From Eledone cirrhosa (taxonomy: Eukaryota), in NCBI GenBank assembly GCA_964016885.1, contig OZ024743.1:30194001-30258000 (forward strand): a stretch of DNA of 64,000 bases, read 5' to 3'. Shown here piece after piece: positions 39,701 through 54,502 of the stretch. Under the pieces are notes generated by a model. The model saw nothing but the letters and a program-made list of their open reading frames with translations. It made no database searches and was not told the DNA's origin. Within the stretch, counting starts at the first letter, position 1, and each line of letters begins with the position of its first letter. The position numbers were made by a program, and so were the translations under genes.

Positions 39701-39852
39701 GTGATGCTCTGATTGACTTTTTCAAATTTCATTTGAAAAGGAAAATCAGAGTAGAGAAGGAAGTGCTCTCTTCCCAGCATTTTGTTGAAAGATGGGTGAG
39801 AGAAGCAAGAATGGCCCGAGTGAATGGGCCGACTCTGAGTATATATCTGTAA
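36433..39852 (+). CDS. ORF2: APE endonuclease, reverse transcriptase, C-terminal CCHC (1139 aa, uninterrupted)
   Basis: SINARGL, SET, GDWN, YLDRV, TDH; NFRPITLLN, DQSKAFDRVDH, VRQGCPLS, AYADDV, LLGV; CPRCAQGDETVLHALVQC. Confidence 0.97.
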   Translation: MTSLRIGSINARGLGSSWKQGHLLNDLRSLNIDVVAISETRMSEARAFAPIFGGYDVYASPSRPGSGGGVAVLFRRGLDLAIRAIFLDPEGKLVVLDVTSGDGQAFRLVAVYAPTGAGRPDFFRRLETFLGTSRSLVLVGDWNGILDARWDCVGLADRGGGCKSLTNLLRRFELSDRYRLDFPNVPMWTWTNRIGSSRSYLDRVFCREIDRSSIGCPQFKIVSYTDHKFVICVLDLDRLHRRGPGYWKLNASLPARKAYRDRISELVKRALTGAIVNNKWWFALKRAIRIESIRFSKALAIEKNRAEGELVRKLDEALSKGIATDVLAAKLALDQFFNAKHEGCVVRARVRALRHEGTKAVQWARVAEARRGNKATIRSLVDHDGRMLLDPGQMCEAFQRHFAQLFGGSGGPGRGMDFSVYLDGLPRLSATEAKCCEKPITAAEVREAMTGCTRGKSPGLDGLPYELYVQMPDLFGGLLADVYCNWQQNGRIPSSVSRGAVALLRKDPNKGDNIDNFRPITLLNTEFKILAKVLAKRLALVVGGLVGEAQTCAIPDRSIHDNLHLMRYIVERVSREPGTGGSLINLDQSKAFDRVDHRYLAAVLRAASFGPVFRGWIAAMHSDICSVVRVNGHLSEPFNIMRSVRQGCPLSSLLYVLTLEPLLHKLETLRGVPRELGCGRSVSAYADDVTVVVSNAKHIEAIGTTLREYEAVTGAMINQEKSVGLQLGTWRGRSMPSNSVVGRWTDGPVKLLGVWFGPDLQTDKNWDEVTSRVASLTQKWAERKLSLKGRAEVANAYIASVICYRLTVVPCPKPRLTALERLLFRFLWKGRAPMVRRSICCQHPLRGGLGMPWLMMRRHALRLRHLHLFLDGDQVWSPFARRVFPQLVSLTELQSWVKRRPRGSAWRLECLQALTALDQSGNVIGGNSTSAFYRGLVEGKSDDVLGETLGVDENQLANLFGRTFGPGPMDNFQKSLAWQCYRGALPVRDKLYRHGGAVSRACPRCAQGDETVLHALVQCPKIADLWVYVEHLLSRLGRIQLSSESIVRIAPPSSFSREGQAVFICLVAMAKEIVWWTRLKGLKTSTYLFGDALIDFFKFHLKRKIRVEKEVLSSQHFVERWVREARMARVNGPTLSIYL

Positions 39853-40113
39853 ACTAAAGGTGGAAAACTGGGAGAGGGCACTTGCCTTTGTGGTCAGGGT
39901 CATTGTGGCTTTTTACTGGGCTTTCTCCACAAATGTCCCTCCGAAGTCTCCCCCCTATTGGGGAATTTTTCATTGTTATTTTCATTGTTATTTTTGTTAC
40001 ATCCTCTGTTTTTGTTTTTTTTACACGCAGAAATGCCCATTTGTACCGTCCTGCATTGTCCTGCACTGTCCTTAATGTCTACTTTATGTAAACCCTTGTG
40101 GTTAATAAAGAAA

Positions 40114-40169
<56 letters not shown>

Positions 40170-40173
<4 letters not shown>

Positions 40174-40566
40174 GTGTTGTTGGGACCGGTAATACGGACG
40201 ATTCTGAGCTCTGTTTGCCAATTTAAGTTGTTTAATTTTTATTTTCTTATATGTTTTCTTGCAAAGGGATCGTAAGACTTCTGTCTTTGCCTTGTGAAAA
40301 GGCCTCGAATATTTCAGAAACCTACATTTAAGATAGTCATATTGGCTGCTCGATCGAAAGAGAACAGCTTTACCTAACTTCAGATAGCTTGTAGAGGATG
40401 GGAGATTTCACCTCCATGTTTCGGGGCGTTTCTTTCTGAGAACCCTTTAAAAATCTCATCGTTGATTTAACATTAGACATTCCCACGTCACGTGGAAAGC
40501 TCTCACTAATGCTTTTTGTAGGTAACCAGTGATATCCGTATCATTATCATCATGATCTCCCTAATG

Positions 40567-40636
<70 letters not shown>

Positions 40637-40848
40637 CTAGCACATTTCTAGTGCCGGAAGATATGATAATGATATGGATATCACTGGTTACCTACAAAAA
40701 GCATTAGGGAGAGCTTTCCACGTGACGTGGGAATGTCTAATATTAAATCAACGATCATATTTTTAAAGGGTTCTCAGAAAGAAACGCCACGAAACATAAC
40801 AAACAGAGCTCAGAATCGTCCGTATTACCGGTCCCAACAACACATATA
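40170..40848. repeat. Inverted repeat around (TA)n; right arm lacks ~200 bp present in the left arm
   Basis: tgttgttgggaccggtaatacggacgattctgagctctgttt and ~40416-40550 mirrored at ~40665-40848. Confidence 0.88.
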
Positions 40849-40850
40849 CT

Positions 40851-40975
40851 AATAATAATAATTGTTTCTATGTTTGGCACAAGGCCAGCAATCATGCCAG
40901 TGCATTAATGGTACTTTATTTTATCGACCCCGTAAGGATGAAAGGCAATAATAATAATAGTAAGAATAATAATAT

Positions 40976-41006
<31 letters not shown>

Positions 41007-41030
41007 AAGAAGAAGAAGAAGAAGACGAAG
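40851..41030 (-). mobile_element. SINE 3' half fused to an (AAT)/(AAG) tract
   Basis: Reverse complement of ~33850-34020, including the junction. Confidence 0.85.
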
Positions 41031-41087
41031 AAAAGATATATATATATCCTTACTTCATCCTCGCGTACACATATAATCAAATGCATA

Positions 41088-41134
<47 letters not shown>

Positions 41135-42080
41135 ACATACTCGTACACACAAACTCACACAGACACACACGCACACCTACATACACGCACACGCGTACAC
41201 ATACGCATAAACACACCATATGCATATATACAGAGGCACGCACTTATATATATATAAGAATATACACATTTCTCCCCATCTCAATTTCTACATCTCTGAT
41301 CGAATAATCATTAATATACCTTTTGTGTGTTTTCGAGTGAACAATATAGCCAAAGTTGGTGAGGCATATTGTTTCAGGTATCAGTAACGTATCGGTGAAC
41401 CATAACAATAATATATATTAAAGGATACTTTGCTTTGTAATTACGTTGTATTTGAGGCATTCCACCATTGTTCTCTTATTTTTTATGGCTTATGTCAAGC
41501 ACGCGGTCCGTTCAAACTGGCCTTGTCATTGCTTCATGATTGAATTTACACGAAAATGTTATGCTCATGTTATGTGCTGTGCAGGACAGTTAATGCCATT
41601 TATATTTCAGCCAAACGAGAATGGTATTCAATCTGAATGGATATTAAGACACATAATAACATTTGCACAAAATATATGCCATTATTTTTCATAGCTTCGT
41701 AAACATAGCTTCTTAGACTATTTTTCTTGATATATATTTCAGATATTTCTCTAAATCTAATGTGACTAAATGTCAGAAAGTTCTAAAAAATGAAACAAAT
41801 TATTTGTTTTGAATAATAAAAGAATACATCTAATATCTAGACTTTGTAGAGTTAATAAGATAATCAGAAGTTAGGCAACATATTTAATATGAAGTCCTCA
41901 TTATGTTTGATACTCAAGAATTAATGTACAATAACTGAAATAAATAAAAGTTCATTTACTCCGTTGTACTTTATCCTATGTTATTCATCTTCAAATCAGA
42001 ATCGGAAAATATCTAAAATTTGAAATAGCTTCATACCTTGAAATATTGAGTTTTGAAGAGGAATATAGGATATATACTCG

Positions 42081-43445
<1,365 letters not shown>

Positions 43446-46400
43446 ACACTAACAGAGTAATCTTTTTTTCGCCGGGTAATTTTCACCATACAATGCCTTT
43501 CTTACAATTTGTTTTTTCCATGTCAAACTATGTCTCCCCAGTGACTCATTTCCTATTATTTATTCCCTGCTGTCCGCCCCAGTGCATTGTCAACTGTACT
43601 CAACATGGTTTCTCTGTGACTTTGGAATTTCACTCGGTAGAGCAGTATGTTGATGTGGTATGAGTGGCTTGTGTACTTTAGCATGAGTGTCTTCACGTAA
43701 ACATCGCCTGACTACTCTGAGGGAAACTCCCTTCCTTGTCAATTTAACGTAGTTCATTGTTGAGTATTGCATAAACAAACGTACAGTTTACAATCATAAG
43801 GAAGAACCGGCGTGGAAAGATATACTTAACCGATATGCCAATTTTTCAAACCGGGTTAAATCGCTCATTGAACATATTGTCACTTTTAATATACTTTTAT
43901 ATATTTAGATTTTTAAAAATCAACTTTTAAATTAATCGACGATCAAAAATGGGCAACTGTTGCTTTTAAATGTGGTCATAGTCATTCCGATTTTATTTTA
44001 TTATTATTATTATCAGATTGGTTCCAACAAAACTATCGCCTTTAGAGGCAGCTGAGAGAAGTAAGATGGACGTTGTTAGAGATACTTTTCGGCGGCTGCA
44101 ATTTGACATCTGTAAGTAAACCACACGAGAGATTTATTTCCATTTAGTATCAAACTGCATTCAGTCAGATGTAGAAAATATGTTGATGGATTTGTTTCAG
44201 AGAATCTATATTTACAGTATAGAACACGATAAATAGGTTTTTGCCTGTTGTTTATCATGGAGACCATAGTGCTGTTAAATAATGGAAAATTGGATTTTTC
44301 AGGTAAGATTTTATAGCGATTATTACGAATAAATGTGACCGTTGAATATTGAATATTGATATTTTAGGGAAATAATGAAATAACGAATACGAATTGAACG
44401 ATGATATAAAACATTAAGATGAAGGTCATAATGTGTATGATGTTTTCATTAGCACAAGCTCGTAAACGTGTAACGGCGAATAGATGACTTTATTAATCTA
44501 AATACATAAACGATACTACACATGTTAAAGAGGAGAGAATGAAACACCATTCTTATAGATGTCTTCATAAACAAGTAAAATTATTTCGTGGCATTATGCG
44601 CTGTTATTTGAACCACTCATTAGGAACTAATAATATGAGTCATCTGCAATAACAGTCTTGTTAAAAGTTCACCACGAAAGCCTTAGAGTTTTGGATTCGG
44701 TTACACTGAATGTAGCCTTAGGCATGTGTCTTCTACAACAGGATCATGTCAATCAAATTTAAACATTAAACATAAATTTGAAAACACCAAGCCTCAAGCT
44801 CGCGACGTAAATATGTGTTACTTAATATTGCTGTACCTCTTAACATTTATTTATGTGCATCATATGTTTGATTGTATTGTATCACTGTTCTAACAGGAGT
44901 GAAATTATCTGCTAATAATTTTCATCAGCGCTCCTCGTCATCGAAGATGTCTCCAAGAATTTTGAAAATCTGCCTCAATTCGCTAGTTTTATTTCCAGAA
45001 TTATTATGTCAATGGCATAACTGGTGCTATGGCCTTATGAGTTACGGTTAAATCTGGTTCCACAGCCTATTTTCAGATTCTTGGATGCAACGAAATAGCC
45101 TTGATTATCATCGAATCCTTGGGAGGAATTTGTTGATAGAAATCAGAGATACCATTCAACGCGCCCAGTTCTATTAATATATTCGCTTTAAAATAAAATG
45201 AATATTCAGAATATAATGATATCAAATATAGCAAACTATGAGAATAGAACATTTTCACTAAGAAATAAATACATTAATATTATTCATCAGGATGGTTATT
45301 GGATATAGTTCCTAATTAGAATGTACTAAATTGCAGTGCGAATATCATGAAACGTATTTAATATATGCTTTATAAAAACACTTCGTTCATGTATATTTAA
45401 GATTGATCGGTGATACATATCTTTATTTGCTTTTTAGTTATTCAAACTGTGATGTTGTTACTATAATAGGTATTGTATTTCTAACCCCAAACCTCTATTT
45501 ATATACATTTCAATCTCAAGATATGTTTTAGAATTAGGAGAATGTGTAAACATTCCTTTAATGCGGCCTTTAATATATTTTTAAAATTATTTTGTTAGTG
45601 GATCATGTATATATTGAGTAATCTCCAATTTAATTAATAAAATAAACTGAGCTATACCAAGACAGCTAAATATTAATTTATGACATAATAATTAAGTAGT
45701 AGATGTTTCTTATAATGGGCCGATTGAATACGTATATTTTGGAGATAGACTATTCAGTTTCATTAGAGTGGATATAAAGTTAGCAAAATGGAATAAGACT
45801 GAGTCTGTTGGGGCAAATCTCGATAAAATTTCTCATGTCATATGGAATATAGAATCTAATTGTACTCTTGAGCGCTATCATTGACCGGTCATTAATTTAT
45901 TGGACAATTGTCTATACAGAAGACAGGTTTATAGCTTTGATTTACATAATATATTGAAATAGGATCAAACTTTCGAAATATGCACTCATATTAATTAATT
46001 AACATTCCTGATCTAATTATTTAATTATTAAATTTCAATTCAAGAAAATTTTAAATAAGATAGATTCAGTGAAGTATAGTCCTAGTGCCCATAAATTAAG
46101 CTTCCTTCCAAACGTTTATATTAAGGAAAATATTGTTTTAACTTACAACCCGTCATGTAAGTTGTATTTGGACCAGCCTAAATGATTTTTCAAAGCACGT
46201 GGAAACCTGAATGTAGCTCAACCGAAGTGCGAGTCTATGAGTAGTCAATTAAATTAATATCAACTGCATTGAAATTTTCCACAAATCACATAACATTGCT
46301 TTAAATAAGTATAACATTTTTTAGAAAGTATACAGGATGGTCGTGGCTTCTGGACGTTTCATTAACATATTATATACTCATATAGGTCTGCCTATAGGAC

Positions 46401-49400
46401 AACAGCATTCACAATCAACATTTTCAATCTCTCGCAGTGTGAATCTCTGTGCTAACTTTTCATTCAACACTGGATTTTAAATCGACTCAATATTTTAATG
46501 CTAATGTGCTTACAATTCTATGTCATTTATAACTCTTTATAATTCACGCACCTAACTAAAAGATACCTGAGTAGAAATCAATTCTTTGTAAGAAATAATC
46601 TCTAAAGAAATTCGGAATATAAATTTACAAGAAAATTAAATATATCAATAAATTATATATATACAAGAAAATTTGCTATACAATTTCCTAAAATTTTGTT
46701 TACCTAAGAAAAGATTCATTATCACAATTTGTCTCCTGGATTCAACGAAATACAGGAGTCTGTTGTCAAGTACAGACTGAGGAGTCGTCATGGAGTATTA
46801 AATGGAAGTTTAGTCATTCTCTTCGCCCACTCGTATATACGCATTGCTTTTAACACACCTGCGTGCATGCATACCTACATGTACACATGCTTACATGCGC
46901 ATATATACACACGCATATATACAAACACACGTACACACTGAAACATATATATATATATCTATTTATAAAGAGAGAAATTGTAAGAGAGGGTGGAACCGAG
47001 AGTGAACAAGAAAGCGATATATTATGCTATCTTCCATGATAGAATGTATTCACAGGGGAAACATAACAATATACCACTTAGATAATAATCAAAAAATGAC
47101 AACAGCAAACACTAGCTATTTCCCAAGGCGCCACATTATACACAGCCGAGCTTGGTGTCTAATTGTTCGACTTCAATACGGATTTAGAAATATTATTGTA
47201 GTTTAATTGATAGGAGATGTGAGTGTGACTGAGAGTGAGGGGGGTAACGTTTGGAAAAAAGAGAAGAGCTAATATCCTAATGAGAATACATTCGATTAGA
47301 TTTCCGTTTGCTTAGAAGTTGCTAAACGCATGAAAAGATATCGATTTCTTCCACATATATAAGTTTCTTTCTTTAGACAATGCAGCCTTTATTATATACC
47401 TTGACAACAAAGAATGTGCTGCTCACATAGCTATGCTAGTCCTTTACTTATATGTCTTTGAGTTGAAGTAAAGAAGTCTATAATCTATGTAACATTTTGG
47501 AGAATAGTTATTTTTGTTGCAACACTCCATCCAAATAAATAATAACTTAAATTTCTGTCATTTATAACACCGTGATAATTTCAATTAAACCATGCAACAT
47601 AACTGTGTCCACGAATATGTGTTTGAGATATACAGCAGCTATTAAGATGCAGATAACCCGGGAGAAATATAAGAACTTTAGGAGCTCAATTATTTTGCAT
47701 GAGAAGAGGTGAACATGGTAGGTACACACTGTATATTACCAAGCAGAATACGTCTTACTGTTCGGTATATTTTTAGGTGATGTTTCAAAATAGTGGGTGT
47801 ACATTCAGCAGCTCCACCGCTGAAGTATGGTACACATGTTAATAAAAGATGTTGTGTATCATTTCATAGATATGTGACAGTGAAATACATAAACCTTGCA
47901 TAGGAATCTGCATATCCGATTCATAATTATTTACAATATACATCTCGAGCATATGAGAAACATTACATTGTTATATCACTCTCGCAATGATAATACAACA
48001 TCAATGCTTGAAACACACCACGATTTCGATATCTGTCTATTAAATAGTCCTGTATAGAATATGTTATTTCTCTGGGTATACATTTGAACTATAATAATAC
48101 ACACTATGTGAGTTAATATTTAGTAAAAACTTATAAAACAAAATGAGACTATTCACATGTAAATTATTCTTCAAAATAACAAAACATAAGAAAAGATATT
48201 GTTTGGTTAATTTGTTAATCTAACTATATTTAAATGTGTTACATATTGTGGTTGGATATTATAAAGATAATGAATGTAATAAAAGTCAATTTCTTCTAAT
48301 CGATTCTAATTAAACGTATAGTATGTTAAACAAACTTTAAATAGTATCATCGTGCAAATAGTAATCAATCTGAACAACATTGAATATAGAAACATTGGAA
48401 CGGTGTACCAATAGCGTAAGATATTCTATATAATTACCAGTGTTATCCTTGGTATACCTTCCCACATATAACATCAACCCATCTGCTTTCGCACTAAGTT
48501 CTACATTACAAACTTATTTCAAGCAATATTTTATGTAAGAACCTCTGCTATATTATACTCCAAACATCAGCATATTATGTGAGTTGTCTTATTAAATTCT
48601 CCCACATTCTTGAATGTTTTAACACTTATTCGAAAAGTAGTAGCAGTACTTTTCATAGGAGGAGTTCCATATATAATATGTACATTGATATCAACATGCC
48701 CAGTTTCTGAAATGAGAAAAATGTGAGAATGTGTTGAGTTGTTCTATTTTAACTGCTACAAAATGTAATTTATGAAAACTAATTTCACACATATATGATA
48801 TGACGAACGTGTAAAACACAAGTAAAATATAGCCAATTGAAAACATGTATTCTACGTATTATCTATCACCTTATAGATAAAAAAAGTTCACAATCCTACT
48901 GAGGAAACGCCGATTATCTATGTTAAAGAAAATATACAGAATCCGGGTAAGGAAATTAAATTCAGTAGGGTATGTTGTTAAAGATATCCTTTGATAAATA
49001 TGGTGCACCATTCTTTGAAATAATTAAGTTTCTTATCTACCGAGTAGATATGAATCCAACTTTGAAAGGTAACAATACGATTGCATAGGTAATCAGCGAC
49101 TACACTGGTTAAAATAATAGATAATTTCACCTTGTGATACTTACTAATACCACGAAGTCTAAACTTACTCTTTCGTTGTACAACAATATGAGGATAAAAG
49201 AAACATACTCTTATGATTTGAAATTTAATACATCCAAATGGCAACACAATGTCTCTTCCTATCAGCTCTTCCTAAATATTCACGCTCAAAGGATATTCGT
49301 CTTATAGATTTTAAAGTTTCGATTCAAAACTTGTGGTTAATCTTTCAGAACTTTTAAACGCTATAATGTTATCATACTAGTGCTTATATCACAAATAAAT

Positions 49401-50015
49401 CTACCAAATATTCTCTTTAAATATATTTATCTTCCGATAAATATTTTTGTATTTCAATATATTCATTTTTCGTTTCCATTTTGTCCGGGAAAAAGCAAGT
49501 CGTAAATACTAACAGAAGATTATTTATTGGTAATAGCAGAATGTGAATGATTTGTCATTGTGATCGATTTAGCTTTGTTCTGTATTGATATAAATATAAT
49601 CGATTATGATAATACAACTTTATGATGGTAATATTGATGAATCCTTGAGTAAGGATAAATAATACGTCACCAATAAAGTCCATTACAGATCTTTTAATAT
49701 CAATCTAACAGCTTTGGTAGCCTGTGTTAGAATATTCTACCGGTAGTAATGATATATCAGAATATCTATACAACATGAAATAGCATTTCTCAAATAGAGA
49801 AAGATGCCGCATACACACATACATCCATATATATATATACATATATATATGAATATATACATATATATATATATATATTAGAAAATGAGGTTTTTTTTAC
49901 AAAATGAAAAATAACCGAGGTGTCCTACACGAGTGGAAGTATAAAGAAAAAGAGATGAAATCGAAAATGCAACTGAAGTCTTATTTTTTTTTTAAATATA
50001 TATATTTATTTGGTT

Positions 50016-50053
50016 CCTTTACCGGTTTCGCAGTTCTTCTGCTTTTCAAAAGG
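50016..50053 (-). ncRNA. Minimal type I hammerhead, U3-A8 core
   Basis: CCTT|TTGAAAA|GCAG aagaa CTGC|GAAAC CG GTA|AAGG. Confidence 0.7.
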
Positions 50054-50133
50054 TGAGTTGAGATGGAGGGTCCGTGGTTTTTCTCACATCTGGGAAAATG
50101 TGAGAAAAACCACAGACCCTCCATCTCAACTCA

Positions 50134-50171
50134 CCTTTTGAAAAGCAGAAGAACTGCGAAACCGGTAAAGG
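50134..50171 (+). ncRNA. Minimal type I hammerhead, U3-A8 core
   Basis: CCTT|TTGAAAA|GCAG aagaa CTGC|GAAAC CG GTA|AAGG; palindromic ACCGGT stem III. Confidence 0.7.
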
Positions 50172-50240
50172 AACCAAATAAATATATATATTTAAAAAAA
50201 AAATAAGACTTCAGTTGCATTTTCGATTTCATCTCTTTTT

Positions 50241-51351
<1,111 letters not shown>

Positions 51352-51399
51352 AATGTATGTGCATATATACATACACACACACATACACACATATATGTA

Positions 51400-51460
<61 letters not shown>

Positions 51461-52863
51461 GAATGTATATATATATATATATACCTTGCTTAGCGCAATA
51501 GATTCGTTCAACAAAAATGTAGTTAAACGTAACAGCACCATTACAATGTAGCGATTGCCAACTTCGTGGGCTATTTGAAGCAGCGATACAGAATTAAAGA
51601 CGCAAATAAAGATGATAGACATCATCAAATGAACAGAAATTCATTGTATATCCTCCAACCACTTAATAATTGTAGATAACCTCACAGAATTTGATGTCAC
51701 GCATTGCACTGAACAGGTATGTTGAAATTAAAATGCAATTAATCACGTTAGACCTAATGTAATAATGAAATTATGAACCAGGTTAAATTAATCAACTTTA
51801 ATCACGATTACGGAGATAGTAATAATTAATTCAATTGAATGCAGCATTGAGTATTAGCACACAAGAGGTGGTTTTCCTTTGCGCAACCATTGCTTATTGA
51901 AAATGCATTTAATGCGATCTGTGTTTCTTCAGGTTTCACTTACGAACCAATTCAAGGGAGCAGAATTATATATCTACAGAAACTGAACTGTTCTTACTAT
52001 TTCTCTTCCACCCAGAGTAGTTACTATTAAATCTGTCCATGTGTTCCTTAATCTATATGGCACTATTATTGTTATTATTACTATTATTATTTTGTACGTA
52101 AATATCAAGAATTTCGTCAGGTTTCCAACGAGGGTCTTTAGGCCCATATTCTATTCGGCGCTAATCTATCTCCTCTTCAACTAAAAACATTTAAGTCCGG
52201 GTCTTATTAGATTCCATAAATCTCCCAGATTGATATGTTTCATTCTCCTTTAATCAAGCAACATTTGTGAAACTTACATCCTATCAGCATTGGTAAGGGC
52301 ATTGATAGTATTGACACATTTTATTGCACATTGCAGGAGGTCAATACATGTTTCCTCCGAACCGCTTCCTGCAGTAACTCTTATTTATCACATACCTTTG
52401 ATATATTACATATGAACTTCGACATATGCTAGTTTTACCAATGGTCATGGCTATATTTCAAAGTCGATAGATTGTATCATCAGCAAGTTGCTTTTAATAC
52501 CTATGAAGTTAGTACGTATTAACCTCAGATGTCTAGGTTGGAGAATAAAAGAGTGGTATACAACTAAATAAATTGAAGAATAAGTGTCGTCTGGAGTGTT
52601 ATCAATCATCAATAATAATTATTTTATCTATTGAACAATAATCTTTGTAGAAATCCAATGTGTGAAAATGTTTATTGCTACCTAATTTCGATGTTTGGTT
52701 TTTCAAAACATAGTTATATTTATTATTTTACCGTAATAGATGTAATATATTTGGATGACAAACTAACATTAGATTTAGCTTGAAAGTACCATTATCACTA
52801 GAGCAAAGTAGTAGAGTAAACAGTTTGTTCTGACCTTGATAAAATAATCTTTCTTTCTTCCTT

Positions 52864-53056
52864 GGGTGGATTGGCAGTAACGGTAGAGGGTCGGACGCCA
52901 TGTTTGCACGAAAGAGTTACGGCTCTCTTTGATGGTCTGAGTTCAAATCCCGCCGACGTTAACTTAGCCTTGCATCCTTACGGGGTCGATAAACTAAAGC
53001 GCCAGTAATACACTGTGATAATTGCTGGGCTTTTGCCAAAAGTAGAAACAATTATT
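52864..53056 (+). mobile_element. tRNA-derived SINE (main family)
   Basis: ggtggattggcagtaacggtagag...gagttcaaatcccgcc...agtagaaacaattatt. Confidence 0.85.
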
Positions 53057-53965
53057 TTTGTGAGTAGGTCTGCTTCACATATTTCAAATATATTTGTTGG
53101 GTGAAGGCTAGATGCCACGCCCCAATAATATACCTAAGAAACTCTGATAATTTCTTGGTTGTCTGTACATCTCGGCGTGCTGCGCCACTAGACAAAGTAT
53201 TTTATTGGTTATAACGTTATTTGAATAGTTAAAGTCATTTTCTGCTTCTTGTGAATACTTCTAAATACACCTTGTAAATGCATGAATATTCATTTTGGTT
53301 TTCACGACTATTTGCTTTAGTGAGAGGTTTCGACTCCCCTCATCGCCAAAAATTATACCAATTGTACTTTCTATTTAACAAGGTACTTAATTTTTGAACA
53401 CATCTCTTTATATGCTGACATCAGAATACATTAATTTGTCCCCATTTATTATACATTGATGGGGGAAAGTTTGAAGAACTATTCATATACGATTAACATA
53501 TGTTAGTTTCCAATCACTTCAACATTTGTAGTTTTGCATCCGTTGAGATAATTATTCCACCAATATAGTCAAACTTTGAACATTTACAGTTGCAGGGCAT
53601 TTTCCACTAGAGTTGGATAAAGCGACAACATGAACTATTCGGTTATGTGCCTTAATAGACGTGGGTGTGAATCATATTTTTTCCATATAATCATACAATA
53701 ATCATACTATACTGATCTCCAACTACAGACATTAGCTACGACCGAAAATATCGCAATTGCCAACCAGCGTTAAACTGGCACTAAGTTGTGCGGTGCTTCT
53801 GCTACTACTGTTACAAAAAAACAAAACAAGATTAACAACAACTACTACTACTACTACTATTACTACTACAATGATCGCAGCCACCGTCACCACCGCCTCC
53901 ACTACTGACGCCGCTAGCGCCGCCACCGCCTACACCTCCACTGCAACCCTCCTCGCCGCTGCCGA

Positions 53966-54078
<113 letters not shown>

Positions 54079-54467
54079 AGAGAAGGAGATAAGGAGATAG
54101 AGATAAAAATTGTTCTGGCAGAATTTTAGATGTTTGTATATACTCTGAGACGTTTTATACAGTTATAATATTTTTATCATTTCGCAGAGTTACGTAATAT
54201 ATATATCTATAAGTATATAAAGGCGGGGTGGGTGAAAGTGTGTGCGAGCGTCTATTGGTATATGTGCATGTGTGTGACTTGATGAATATATGTACATGGA
54301 CTGGCTCTCAGTAGCACAATTACTTACATCGAATATTATTTTTTCACATAAAGTACCAGCCAATTCCAGACATTCAGTCTGTTTACATATTAATCAATGC
54401 AAATGAATCTCTACGTCTCTGGCCCTAGCGATCTCCGTCTATATAACTCTCTTTTACATTCCCGTAA

Positions 54468-54500
<33 letters not shown>

Positions 54501-54502
<2 letters not shown>

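Larger units (their letters stand above)
34090..40115 (+). mobile_element. Tx1/L1-clade non-LTR retrotransposon, copy B, full length (~6.0 kb), flanked by (ATT)n on both sides
   Basis: 5' UTR, ORF1, intact ORF2, 3' UTR ending aataaagaaatc(att)n. Confidence 0.97.
49940..50247. repeat. Near-perfect ~308-bp palindrome with a hammerhead in each arm
   Basis: Arms ~150 bp; 8-nt spacer ctgggaaa at 50090-50097. Confidence 0.92.

Noticed and set aside
150-39903. Antisense and alternate-frame ORFs shared by LINE copies A and B (e.g. 150-659 and 38328-38837)
   Set aside because: Shadows of the GC-rich LINE ORFs; shared only because the copies are near-identical
40170-40848. Hammerhead within this inverted repeat
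   Set aside because: GAAAC is present but no matching CUGAnGA core or stems were found
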